Positions 1 to 10,300 of a stretch of DNA of 60,531 nt are shown one piece after another. The stretch comes from a virus. Lineage: Duplodnaviria; Caudoviricetes. The stretch's first letter is position 1. Each line of letters starts with the position of its first letter. Both the position numbers and the translations under genes were made by a program. The notes under the pieces were generated by a model. It was not told the DNA's origin. It saw nothing but the letters and a program-made list of their open reading frames with translations, and did no database searches. The DNA lies in the IMG/VR virus record IMGVR_UViG_3300044457_000011, positions 1 through 60,531 of that record. One strand, 5' to 3'.

Positions 1-127
1 TACAGCGTGTTGAGGTCCGAGCGGCGGATCCGCCAGCCGCGTCCGGTCTTGATGGCGGGCAGCGTACCGTCTCGCAGGAACCCTTTTAGCGTGGCCACCG
101 GCAGCCCGGAGTACTCGGCGGCCGCGT
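1..127. repeat. Terminal direct repeat, copy 1 (circular-assembly overlap)
   Basis: Bases 1-127 are identical to 60405-60531; 127 is a common assembler k-mer length. Confidence 0.95.
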
Positions 128-473
128 CCAGGGTTAAGAACAGCGGTTGCGGCGCCGGGCGGGCGGCGGCCTGCAGGAAGTCGATCAGGGCGGGCAGCGT
201 ACCGGCAGCGGCGCGAGGCGCCATCAGGGCCGTTTCGTTCGATGGCTCGGCGGATCCGGCCATGACGAACGGTTTGGGCTGCGCGGTGGCCGCTTCCAGC
301 TTGGCGACGTCCTCCGGATTCAGGACGGGCATGGGCCGCCGTCCGGAGACCCGGACATAGGCTTGTTCCAGGTCGCCGCGGGCGATCATGCGATCGATTG
401 TTTTGGTATGGACGCCGAGGCGCTCTGCGATGGACGCTTTCGAGGGCCAATCGACGTGGGTATCTTTTCTCAT
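1..473 (-). CDS. Double excisionase-like (HTH_17/MerR-superfamily) DNA-binding protein, 157 aa; stop codon completed across the circular junction
   Basis: Absent from the ORF track. My translation from ATG 473 gives MRKDTHVDWPSKASIAERLGVHTKTIDRMIARG...LFLTLDAAAEYSGLPVATLKGFLRDGTLPAIKTGRGWRIRRSDLNTL. The TAG uses bases 2 and 1 plus 60404. Two HTH-plus-wing patterns. Confidence 0.85.
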   Translation of the reverse strand, partial: MRKDTHVDWPSKASIAERLGVHTKTIDRMIARGDLEQAYVRVSGRRPMPVLNPEDVAKLEAATAQPKPFVMAGSAEPSNETALMAPRAAAGTLPALIDFLQAAARPAPQPLFLTLDAAAEYSGLPVATLKGFLRDGTLPAIKTGRGWRIRRSDLNTL

Positions 474-488
474 GCCACCGATGGTACG

Positions 489-522
489 GGACACGTTTCG
501 GCAAAGTCCAGTGGTGTCTATT
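489..522 (+). repeat. Degenerate copy of the dispersed 34-bp motif
   Basis: GGACACG-TTTCGGC-AAAGTCC-AG keeps the 7+7+7 arm spacing but has a different spacer; 15 bp upstream of the double-HTH start. Confidence 0.5.
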
Positions 523-616
523 TGCTGTCCCGATCAGCGGCCGCTATCACACCAGAAACGGAACAAGCCGTCTAACTCGATTCGGGTCAACGCGATGCTC
601 CGCTACTTTTAGAGAC

Positions 617-3600
617 ATGGCAGATACGATCGGCACTGTTCCTGTTCCCGCGCCGACGCCAGCGGGGACGTTTCCTCTGATTCCCGATTACCCGCTCGGC
701 ACCCACATCGAGCCCGTTTTCACCATCCATCGGTTCCTTACGGCCAACGCCAAAATCGAGCAGCGGTTCAAGCTCGGGCGCGGCGTCACTGTCTGGCAGG
801 TATCGTTCCGCGAAGTGACCCAGACCGACATGGCGGCGGTCCGTTCGTTTTGGGCGGGGCACTTGGGCGCGTTCGTGCCGTTCACGTTTCTCGAGCCGCA
901 GGCCGATGGCACGACCGTTCCGCGGACCGTCGTATTCGCCGACCAGCCGCTATCGTTTGAGCAGTTGCGCGACTGGATTTCGGCCGGCACCTTAACCCTG
1001 GTGGAGTGGCCGACGACGTTCCCGACCTACACCGTTACCACCGTCGCCGATCGCTACCCGTCCGCGGCGCTGGAGACGGCGCTCACCGGCCAGGTGCAGG
1101 AGTTGGTGCAGTTGGTGACCATTCGGCCGCTCGAGGCCGGTTATCCGCCGATCTATTTAGCCGATCGGAAATGCACCTTGCACATACCGGTCACCGCAGA
1201 CGCCGCTTTCAACGCCCGGCTTGTCACCCATTCCGGATTGGGCCAGACGGTGGGCGGGTCGAGCGACTTCATTCGGCTGACGTTCGGCAATGCGGACCGG
1301 GTCATGACGAAGGTGGCCGAGTCCACCGACCTCTATTTGGCCGCCGTCCAGTTCTCGCTGTTCCACGTTGCCACCGGGACGATGATAGAAGTCTGGAAGG
1401 GGATAGTCGACAATTACCGGCCGGCCAATGATACCGAGTGGGTTCTCGAGTGCCTGGACGGCGCCGCCGATCTCGGGCAGCAGTACCCGATGCGGCGCCT
1501 CATGCCGCTCTGTGGAAAGAAGTACAACGACCCGCTCTCGGGCTGTCCGTGGTCGACCGCATCCGGCACGCTTGATTTGATTCACTTTCCGTCGGCGTCG
1601 TCGGCCACTTGCGATCGCGGATACGAGACGGCCAACGGCTGTCTTGCCCACGTGATGAAGCGCTACTTTGGCGGCGTACAAATCGACCCGCAGACGGTCC
1701 GGGTGAAAAACAACGAGACGGGTTGGTTCGGGTTCGGCCGGACGATGATCACGAGCACGTCCATGGTTTCCGATTCGGCGATGGGCCAGCCGTTGGCGAA
1801 GATCATCACCGACGTTCCGATTCCCGTACCGTGCCAGATGATCGCCGGCCGGGATGAGGGGGACTTTTACGAGGCGCTCGGCGTAGTGGGCGAAGGGCCG
1901 TTGACGTTCGGCCGCGGGTCTTACGATTCGGCCGGGAATCGGCGCATGCACACGCTTGACGGCCAGCCCAATCACGGCGATCCCGGGCCGCTCGGGTTGC
2001 GCGAGGTGACCGGCACCGAGCCGGCCGGCCCCTCCGATTGGTTCTCACTCGACCAATCTGGCAACCAGACCGGCGGGGATTGGCGGAAAGTGTTTTCTGG
2101 CAATTCGACTTATCTGGACAACTTCGTTTCGAAGGTCGCTTTCCTGGTGATACGCCGGGCCGACGAGAAGGGGTTCCAACTCACGACCCTGGACGAGCAC
2201 AACATGATCGCGATCGTCGCCGGCGGGCTGACCGGTCCGGGGTGGACGGCGCCCGGGTTTCGGACCACGGTCAGTCTCACCAACCCGATTTGGTTTGCGG
2301 TCACGTTGTGGCTCGAGGCCCACGGACTGCTCTTGGCCGACACCGCGACCCAGGAGAAGTTTCTCGACCTTCCGTCGCTGATCACGGCCGCGACGATCTG
2401 CAATACCCAAGTGCCGCGCCTGATCGGGACCGGTATGGAGACGCAGTTTAAGTTCATGGGCCTGTTGCGGGACATCAAACCGCTAAAGGATTGGCTGCAG
2501 GAAGTCCTGAATAACTGCCTCGGGGATTGGCTGATATCGAACGGAAAACTTAAGGTTGTCATTCGCCAGGACTCCGCGGCCGAGGCCAGTTTCACGCCGG
2601 GAAACATCGTTTATGGAACGCTGATGCTCGGTCCGATCCGGCCGGCGTTCAACCGGCTAACGGTCAACTTCGCCAATTCGGACTATGATTTCGTGGCCGA
2701 TGCGTTGCAGATCCGGGATAACGACAACATCGATTTGACCCGCCGTACCCGCGACGGCTATTTGAATCTCGCCGGTTCGGCCAGCAAGAGCCAGGCCGGG
2801 CGCATCGGGTCCGTTCGGTTGCGCGAGGAGCTCGGGGGGATAACGCCCGCCGAATGGAAGGCGGCCCGCGAGGGCGGGTTTAAGACCACCGTTCTGGCGC
2901 TCGGGATGGAGCTCATGAAGGGGCTATCGATTGACGATCCGGACGTGCCCAGCGGCCGCGGAATCTTCCGGTGCACCAATTGGACGCTCAACCCGGATAT
3001 GTCGCTCGACATTGCGATCCGGACCACCACCGATTCGATGTACGACCTGATAGTCGGGCCCAAGGCGGTAGACGTGCCATCCAACCCGTTGCCGGTGGAG
3101 TTCTACCCGTTTCCGCTCAAGTCCGCATGGTGTCCCAATCTGGAAACATACGGGGCGCTCGACCAGTATTTTTCCGAGGACCAGCGGACGTTCCGTCTCG
3201 AGTACGATTACCGCGACCAGGCCGACACCGGCAAGGAGGCGCTCGTTCTGGTGACCGGCGATTTCCCGGTGAACGATCCGCTGGCGTCAACGGTTCCGCC
3301 GAACATCACCGGCCAGTCGTTCCTCCACACTGGCGGCGCTCTGGACACCAGCCGGAACTACTTCTTTCAGGTGTGCTGCCGGGACGCCGCCGGCCGGTTC
3401 AGCCCGCCGTCCAATATTCGGCGGATCTACTTCGGCGGGAGCGTGACGCAGACCGGCCAGATTACCGCGGTCGATATCGAGTTGCCTGGCGGCACCTGGA
3501 CCAAAGCGGTGCTGTTCGTCGGTGTGACGGAGCAGACGATGTGCCAGCAGATGGAGGTCGACGCCTCGAGCGGCGTTCTGCCGGCCAGCATTACGTTCAA

Positions 3601-4390
3601 CGGGCCGTGGAAGCCGAGCACCTACAACGCGCCCTCGCCGGTGCATCGAAACGTCCGCATCAAGGTCAAGATGGCCGAACATGGGGGCGTCGTCGGCGCC
3701 CAGGTGGTAACCCTCGACCAGCCCGGGAACACGATTATTCTGGGCGGCCCGGTCGCCAACGATGCAAGCTGGATGGGCCGCGTCCTGTCCGTCATTGCTC
3801 GGGCTGACAATGGGCCAGTACCGCCGACCAACTTCGCTATCCTCGAGCACGATCCGGTGACCGGGGAGATGCAGTTGTATCCGCCTATAGCGCCAGATGA
3901 AATCGCCCTGATGGACCTGGTGTACATCCGGTGCATTCCGACCACGCTGACGGCCACCACGATCGGGGATGCGCGGTTCGTTAACGCCGTCTATCCGGAC
4001 GGCCTCGTTCCGGATGAAGAAGTCGGCATGCTGGTGCGCGGCATCAAGGGCGGGTATCCGCATCAACTTCGGACGATCATCAGCCACACCGAGACGGTTT
4101 ATACGGTCGACCGGCCGTGGGACATCTACCCGGACTATTTCACGGTGGAGCCGGCCGGATGGGACTACGTGAGCGACGGTTCGCAGTTCAAGGTTCCGCT
4201 GGTGGGTCCGCCTCAAACCATCGAATGCAGCATCACCAACTACGTCAACCAGCCGATTGTGATCGGCGGATTCTTGGTCGATCGCAACGAGAACGAAACG
4301 GACGAGGCGTGGGCTGTAATCCGCGACGGTTATATTTTCGGAGAGGCCGGCAATGCCAGCGGCTTAGAGGGGACGATCGCTTATGCCTGA
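617..4390 (+). CDS. Fused tail-tip protein (Dit-like + gpL/hub-like four-Cys domain + gpJ-like central tip)
   Basis: Likely start ATG 617 (MADTIGTVP). The N-terminus resembles ORF 59553-59963. Contains CGKKYNDPLSGC...CDRGYETANGC...YFGG, then a WLQEVLNNC...NRLTVNF pattern of tail-tip proteins. Lies between tape measure/Dit and the fibre. Confidence 0.75.
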   Translation: MADTIGTVPVPAPTPAGTFPLIPDYPLGTHIEPVFTIHRFLTANAKIEQRFKLGRGVTVWQVSFREVTQTDMAAVRSFWAGHLGAFVPFTFLEPQADGTTVPRTVVFADQPLSFEQLRDWISAGTLTLVEWPTTFPTYTVTTVADRYPSAALETALTGQVQELVQLVTIRPLEAGYPPIYLADRKCTLHIPVTADAAFNARLVTHSGLGQTVGGSSDFIRLTFGNADRVMTKVAESTDLYLAAVQFSLFHVATGTMIEVWKGIVDNYRPANDTEWVLECLDGAADLGQQYPMRRLMPLCGKKYNDPLSGCPWSTASGTLDLIHFPSASSATCDRGYETANGCLAHVMKRYFGGVQIDPQTVRVKNNETGWFGFGRTMITSTSMVSDSAMGQPLAKIITDVPIPVPCQMIAGRDEGDFYEALGVVGEGPLTFGRGSYDSAGNRRMHTLDGQPNHGDPGPLGLREVTGTEPAGPSDWFSLDQSGNQTGGDWRKVFSGNSTYLDNFVSKVAFLVIRRADEKGFQLTTLDEHNMIAIVAGGLTGPGWTAPGFRTTVSLTNPIWFAVTLWLEAHGLLLADTATQEKFLDLPSLITAATICNTQVPRLIGTGMETQFKFMGLLRDIKPLKDWLQEVLNNCLGDWLISNGKLKVVIRQDSAAEASFTPGNIVYGTLMLGPIRPAFNRLTVNFANSDYDFVADALQIRDNDNIDLTRRTRDGYLNLAGSASKSQAGRIGSVRLREELGGITPAEWKAAREGGFKTTVLALGMELMKGLSIDDPDVPSGRGIFRCTNWTLNPDMSLDIAIRTTTDSMYDLIVGPKAVDVPSNPLPVEFYPFPLKSAWCPNLETYGALDQYFSEDQRTFRLEYDYRDQADTGKEALVLVTGDFPVNDPLASTVPPNITGQSFLHTGGALDTSRNYFFQVCCRDAAGRFSPPSNIRRIYFGGSVTQTGQITAVDIELPGGTWTKAVLFVGVTEQTMCQQMEVDASSGVLPASITFNGPWKPSTYNAPSPVHRNVRIKVKMAEHGGVVGAQVVTLDQPGNTIILGGPVANDASWMGRVLSVIARADNGPVPPTNFAILEHDPVTGEMQLYPPIAPDEIALMDLVYIRCIPTTLTATTIGDARFVNAVYPDGLVPDEEVGMLVRGIKGGYPHQLRTIISHTETVYTVDRPWDIYPDYFTVEPAGWDYVSDGSQFKVPLVGPPQTIECSITNYVNQPIVIGGFLVDRNENETDEAWAVIRDGYIFGEAGNASGLEGTIAYA

Positions 4391-7300
4391 TATTCAATTC
4401 CCAGACGCGTCACCTTACAACCCGAACGTGAAGTTTGGCGAACGGCCGAGCGCGTTCGACTTCGTTCCAGATCAGTTTTGGGCCGGGATCCGGGCAGGGA
4501 CCGGGACCACCGACTTGACCGGGTGGGTGCAGGACGGTTTGGATTCCTTGGGCAGCGTGGGCGGTGGCATTCTGTATTTGCCGTGGGGCGTCTATCCGGT
4601 GAGGGACCTTGATGTCCCAGCGGGCGTAGAGTTGATTGGCGACGGGCGCCGGCGCACGTTCCTGCGGCGCCAGGCCACGCTCCCACCCGACCGCGGCCTG
4701 CTCAACTTCGCCGGCGATGGTTCGGCTGTTCGGAAGCTGGCGATCGACGGCATGGTGGTGACGCCGGCCGCCTATACTTACGCCGAGCTCACCGACCCGA
4801 TGGAGTACAAGCTGACGGTGGATACATCGATTTGGATCCACGGTGGCGCCAGCGATATCAGCATCGAGCAGACTCTGATTTACCATACGGGCGGCTATGC
4901 CATCGCCGTGGATTCCAGGACCGGCGACATCAGGCGCGTTCTGGTTTCCGACGCCGACTTTGAAAATAACCGGCCGAACCTGGCCGGGATGCCGGGCGAT
5001 CTCACCGCCGGCGGATGGGGTGGCGGGATCCATTACCAGGGCGACGGCGTCTCGCATGCCGTCAACGGCTTGCACGTTGATAAATCGCGGTTCCGGCGCG
5101 GCACCGGGAACCAGCTATGGGGCCATCTGTATGACTTCGGGAAGCTCCACACCGATATCAAAGCCACCGGCTGCCACTTCACCGATATCGGCCGGGACGG
5201 CATCATGCTCGGAGGCGTTTCCGGCGGCGTGGTTTCCGACTGCCACTTCCGGCGCATCGGCTATGTTTGCACCGACGACACGGCGCCGATCGGCACGCCC
5301 AAGTGGGTCAGCAACCAGTGGGCTGTGGGCCTGGACACGGCCGGGTTGGTCCGCGGCGTCAACTATACGAACAACACGTTCCTCAATTGCTTGGGCGCTT
5401 GCATGGACGGTGACGGCTATGCCGAGGGCACCGTATCCGGCAACATTTGCCGGGTGTCGAAACCGGACGAGCCCGAGTATGCCGAGGACAACGTGGCCGC
5501 GTGGCCGAAGGATTCAGAGAAACCATCTGCCTCGTACTGCTATGGGTTCCAGACCTCCAACTCGAACGGCATCGACTGGGCTGCCCGCGGCGCCAATATT
5601 ACCGGGAACTACTTTTATAACTTGGGCCTCGGGGCGATCCGGTTGTACTCGGCGCGGAAGTGCAGCGCGTGGGGCAATACAATCTGGCATCCGGACGAAT
5701 CGTTGGCCGTCCCGATCCTGATGGGCAATATCGGCGCCGGCGAGAACCAGCGGGCGCAGGACAACAGCATTGGAGAGAACACGGTCCATTGGAATCCGGC
5801 CGGCCAGAATCCGGTTGTATTCGAGGACAGGAATACATTCGCCTTCGCCAGCACGGATAAAAACTGGGTTGCCGGGCAGCGGATGTTCGGGACCGGCATG
5901 TACGAGTTCCGCAAGGACGCCGATACCGCCAGCATCACCGGCCGGGTGTATAGCTCAAACGTCGGCGGGCTGACCTCGCGCTCAGAGAACTACTTGCAAC
6001 GCGAGGACGGTTATCTCCGAATGTACGGCGGCGACGATGCGCTGTTCACGCTGCTCGACCAGCACCTCATCGCCAACGTCGGCGCCGGGACCACCGGCGG
6101 GCCGCTGTTCAACGTCTCACTCAATGGCGTGGGAGGTGTGATCACCACCGGCGGACGCACCACGGTGGTGCTGGACGACGTGATGGCCACCGGTGTCCTC
6201 TACGCCGATCAGTTCTTCGCCCTCACCTACGCCACCCCCTTCCTGGACGCCAAGGCGAACCTCTTTGACGCCAACACCGGCCTCATGCGCTACAACGCAG
6301 TGGCTAAAAAATTCCAGATTTCGACAGCCGGCGGTGCCGGGGCCGGGCCGCGCGTCTGGGTGGATCTGGGAGCTGGCGGGTCCGGTGCGCCGGGCGGTCC
6401 CGACCAGAGCGTGCAGTGGAACGACGGCGGGGTCTTCGGCGGCAGCGCGGATTTCTTGTTCAATCGGACATCCAAACTTCTATTGGTGACCGAAGCGATC
6501 GCCACCGGCACCCGCAGCGCTTTGCCCATCTCTGACGTGATGGCCACCGGCGTCCTCTACGCCGATCAGTTTCTCGGCCTCACTTACACCGCCCCGTTCC
6601 CGGACGCCAAGGCCGATCTGTTCGACGACACCACCGGCCTCATGCGCTACAACTCGGCGGTTAAAAGGTTCCAGATTTCCACGGCCGGCGGGGCCGGGGC
6701 CGGGCCACGGGTCTGGGTGGATATGAGCGCGGCGGGCGGCGGCCCGGGCGGTCCTGATCAGGCGGTCCAGTGGAACGACGACGGGATCTTTGGGGGCGAT
6801 GCCGATCTGGTGTTCAACCGGACCTCGAAAATCCTTCGATCCACCGTCGCGCTCTCCACGGGTGCCAGAGATTCCCTGGCGATCGCCGACATCGTGGCCA
6901 CTGGTGTGCTGTACGGCGATTGCTTTTTGTCGCTCACCAACACGACCTTCGATGACACCAAAGCCAACCTGTTGAACGACAACTGGGGCTTGCTCCGGTA
7001 CGACAGAACGGCTAAGAACTTCCAGGTTTCCACGTCCGTTTCAGCCGGTGCGCGGGTCTGGGTGAATACCAACTTGCAGCCCGTGACGCCAGGGTCCCCA
7101 CTCCAGAGCGTGCAATTCAACGACGACGGCGTGTTCGCCGGTAACGCTGAGTTTTCCTGGAACAAGACATCTAAAATGCTCGTGGTGGTGGGGGCGATAG
7201 CGACCGGCGCTCGTACATCCCTCCCCTTTGACGACTCGCTGGCCACGGGCGTGGTCGCGGCGGACACCTTCCTCTCTCTGACGGATACCGTCCCCGACCC

Positions 7301-10300
7301 AACCAAGTCCAATATCCTACCCGCCACCTACGGGCTGATCCGCTATCTCTCCGCTGACAAGAAGTTCCAGACATCCAACTCCGTCACCGGGTTCCCCGCA
7401 GTGCGCGTCTGGAATGACCTCTACACCGGGGCCGCGCCCGTTCCCGGCGCTCCTTTGCAGAGCGTGCAGTTCAATGACAATAGCGCCTTCGCCGGCAGCG
7501 CCAACTTCTCTTGGAACAAGACCTCCAACACGCTCGTGGTTGTCGGCGCGATCGGTTTGGGCGTCCGCACCGCCCTGCCCATGACGGACCTAATCGCCAG
7601 CGGCGTGATGTCGGTAGATAACTTTTCCACCTTCACCGACGGCACGTTCGATGGGACTAAAGCGAACCTGTTCGACGGCAGCTACGGCCTCATTCGGTTC
7701 GACAAAACGCTGAAGAAATTCCAGATTTCGACCACCGTCACCACCGGCCCGAATGCGCGTGTTTGGGTGGACCTCTACACCGGCGGGGCCGTCGTCCCTG
7801 GCGGGGTAACCAACTCGGTGCAGTACAAGACCGCCACCGGCACCTTCGGCGGGGACTCTCATATCACCTGGGATTCGGTGGCGCGGATTCTCACTGTCGA
7901 AGGCGATACCAATAACGCGGCGTCGATTTACTCATCCTACGGGTGGATTCAATCTGAACACGGCTTCTATTCGCCGATGCCGGTCAGTGACAACGTGGTC
8001 AATATCCCGAATGGCGGGGTCACGGCTCGCAACCTGATCAGCATCCGCGACGATGAGGGGCCGGCGCTGAAGCTGGCCCGCACCACCGGTTCCGGCGGCC
8101 AGTCCGCCGACTTCCAATGGCGCATCGACGCCATGGGCGCGATGGTCCTCAAGGACTCGAAGAACTCTCTCGACCGGCTGACGCTGGAACAGAACGGCAC
8201 GTTTAGCTTCTCGGGGGGAGACACGAATTTTGTCGATATCTCCTCGACATCCGGCTTCGTCCTCGCCAGCACCTCCGTGAGTGCGCCGCTGCTCCGAGCC
8301 AGCAACGCAAACGATACCGCCATCCAGGCGACCGCTGGCGGCATCCAGGTGAAGAGTGGGGCGCAGGTCGGTCAAGCACTCTACCTGAAAGCCTATCCCG
8401 ATCCACTGGCCGGGCTGAATAATCCACCCACCACGGAGTTCGGGGTCGCGGCGACCTTCGGCGGGCTGGCCTATAAGAGCGGCACGCAGTACCGGGTCTG
8501 GAATGGGAGCGCCTGGACAACCGTGGATTTCGCCACCGTGGGCGGCGGGGTCACCAGCATCACCGGCACGGCCAACCAGATCGCCGCCACTCCGGCGACC
8601 GGCGCCGTCACCCTCACCCTGCCGCAAGACATCGCCCCCATTTCCAGCCCGACCTTCTCCTACCTCAACGTCACAAACGTGCTGTACGTCCGCAATGTGG
8701 CCGGGGATATGGCGAACTACCTGCGCCTGTTCGCCTATGCCAATACCTTTTACATTGCCGCTGTATCGAGCGCCGGCGCGGGAGTGGGTAGCGCCCTCAG
8801 TTTCCGCACCGCACCCGCGCAAGGGGATGAGATCGACAGGCTGCGTATCGGACCGACCGGGACGGTGTACATCTTCCCTTTCTACCAGGACGACAACAAT
8901 AGCGGCGCGATCCTACAAGTTACCGGCTCGGTCACCGCCACGACCGGTTTTAACGCGCTTACCAACACCGCCCCAGACGCAATCCAGGCCAAAGGCGGCG
9001 GCGTTTGGGCCAAAAAACTTATCGGCGACATGGCGCTCTATATGCTGGGCAACGCCGCCTCATCAAGTCTCAATAATCCATCGGGAACGTATGGTGGGCT
9101 GGCCTACAAATCCGGCACCGAGTACTGGCTTTGGAACGGAGTCGCCTGGGTATCGATCAACTTCGCGACGGTGGGCGGCGGGGTGACATCGATAACCGGC
9201 AGGGTCAACCAGATCACCGCCAGTCAAGCCACCGGAGCCGTCCAACTGACACTGCCGCAGGACATCGCCACCACCTCTACCGTGACCTTCTCCAGTGTCT
9301 ACGTGACCGAAAGCGTCTATGTGGGCAACACGGGCGGTGACCTGAATACCACCTTCCGTCTGGACGGCGCGGGCGGCAATGTGTATCTCATCGCCGAAGG
9401 CAACCTCGCTTCCGCCGGGGCCGGGATCTTCTTCCGCACCACGGTTCCGGGCGGGACGACGGGCGTCGACCGGGTCGCCATTAATCCTTACGGCCAATTT
9501 CTGATTAATACCACTGGGGACGGTAACGGCCTGAACACGACGCTCCAGGTAGGCGGGTTTATCTCGACCGATTCCGGCCTGTTCACCAAGAGCGCGGCGA
9601 CCGCCCCGGCGGCGGTCCCGGTTTCGACCTATGGCGGTCTGGCCCACCGCTTTGGCACGACCTGGTGGGTCACCAACGCCTCGAATGTCTGGACGATTGT
9701 GGATCTGGCGGGCGGCTCACCCGGCGGCCAAAACGGGGCGGTGCAGTTCAATAGCAACAGTGCTTTCGGCGGCGACGGCAACCTCCTATGGTTCGATGTT
9801 CAAAAGGGGTTGAGCGTTGGCAGTGGAGTTATGCACACCGATGGCCGCCTCAGCGCCAGCGGGATTGTCTACATCGGCAACGGCGGCGATTATCTGTGCC
9901 TGTACCAGCACACCAACGACCTCCTCGCCATCCAGACGGTCATCGACAACCGCAACATCAGCAGCTATTTCAGTGGAGACGGAGGAGCCGAAGCCAGTAA
10001 CGTCCTGGTGCTGCAACCTTTCAGGGGACACGTTCTTATCACCACCACCGTCGCTTATGACAGCGCACGGCTTTCGGTAGCGGGTTCGGGTTACTTCTGG
10101 AGTCAAAATCCGGCGCAGGTCGCGCTTAACATTCGCGCCGCCAGCGGGCAGACGGCGAACCTCCAGGAATGGAAGAACTACGGCGGAACCCCGCTGACTT
10201 GGGTGGCTCCCACGGGCATCACCACCGCTCCCTCGTTTTCCGCCGTCACCTACCAAACTCCCGGCGTCAGCGTTACGATCGGGCAGTACTATGCGCGGGA

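Noticed and set aside
398-616. Upstream extensions of ORF-track starts (398, 35906, 45614, 52928, 54431)
   Set aside because: They overlap other genes or repeats; downstream ATGs (617, 35987, 45914, 53543, 54500) fit better by spacing, RBS or coupling.
6131-7860. Diversity-generating retroelement TR/VR pair in the fibre gene
   Set aside because: No reverse transcriptase seen; the repeats are in-frame modules and their differences are not adenine-specific.
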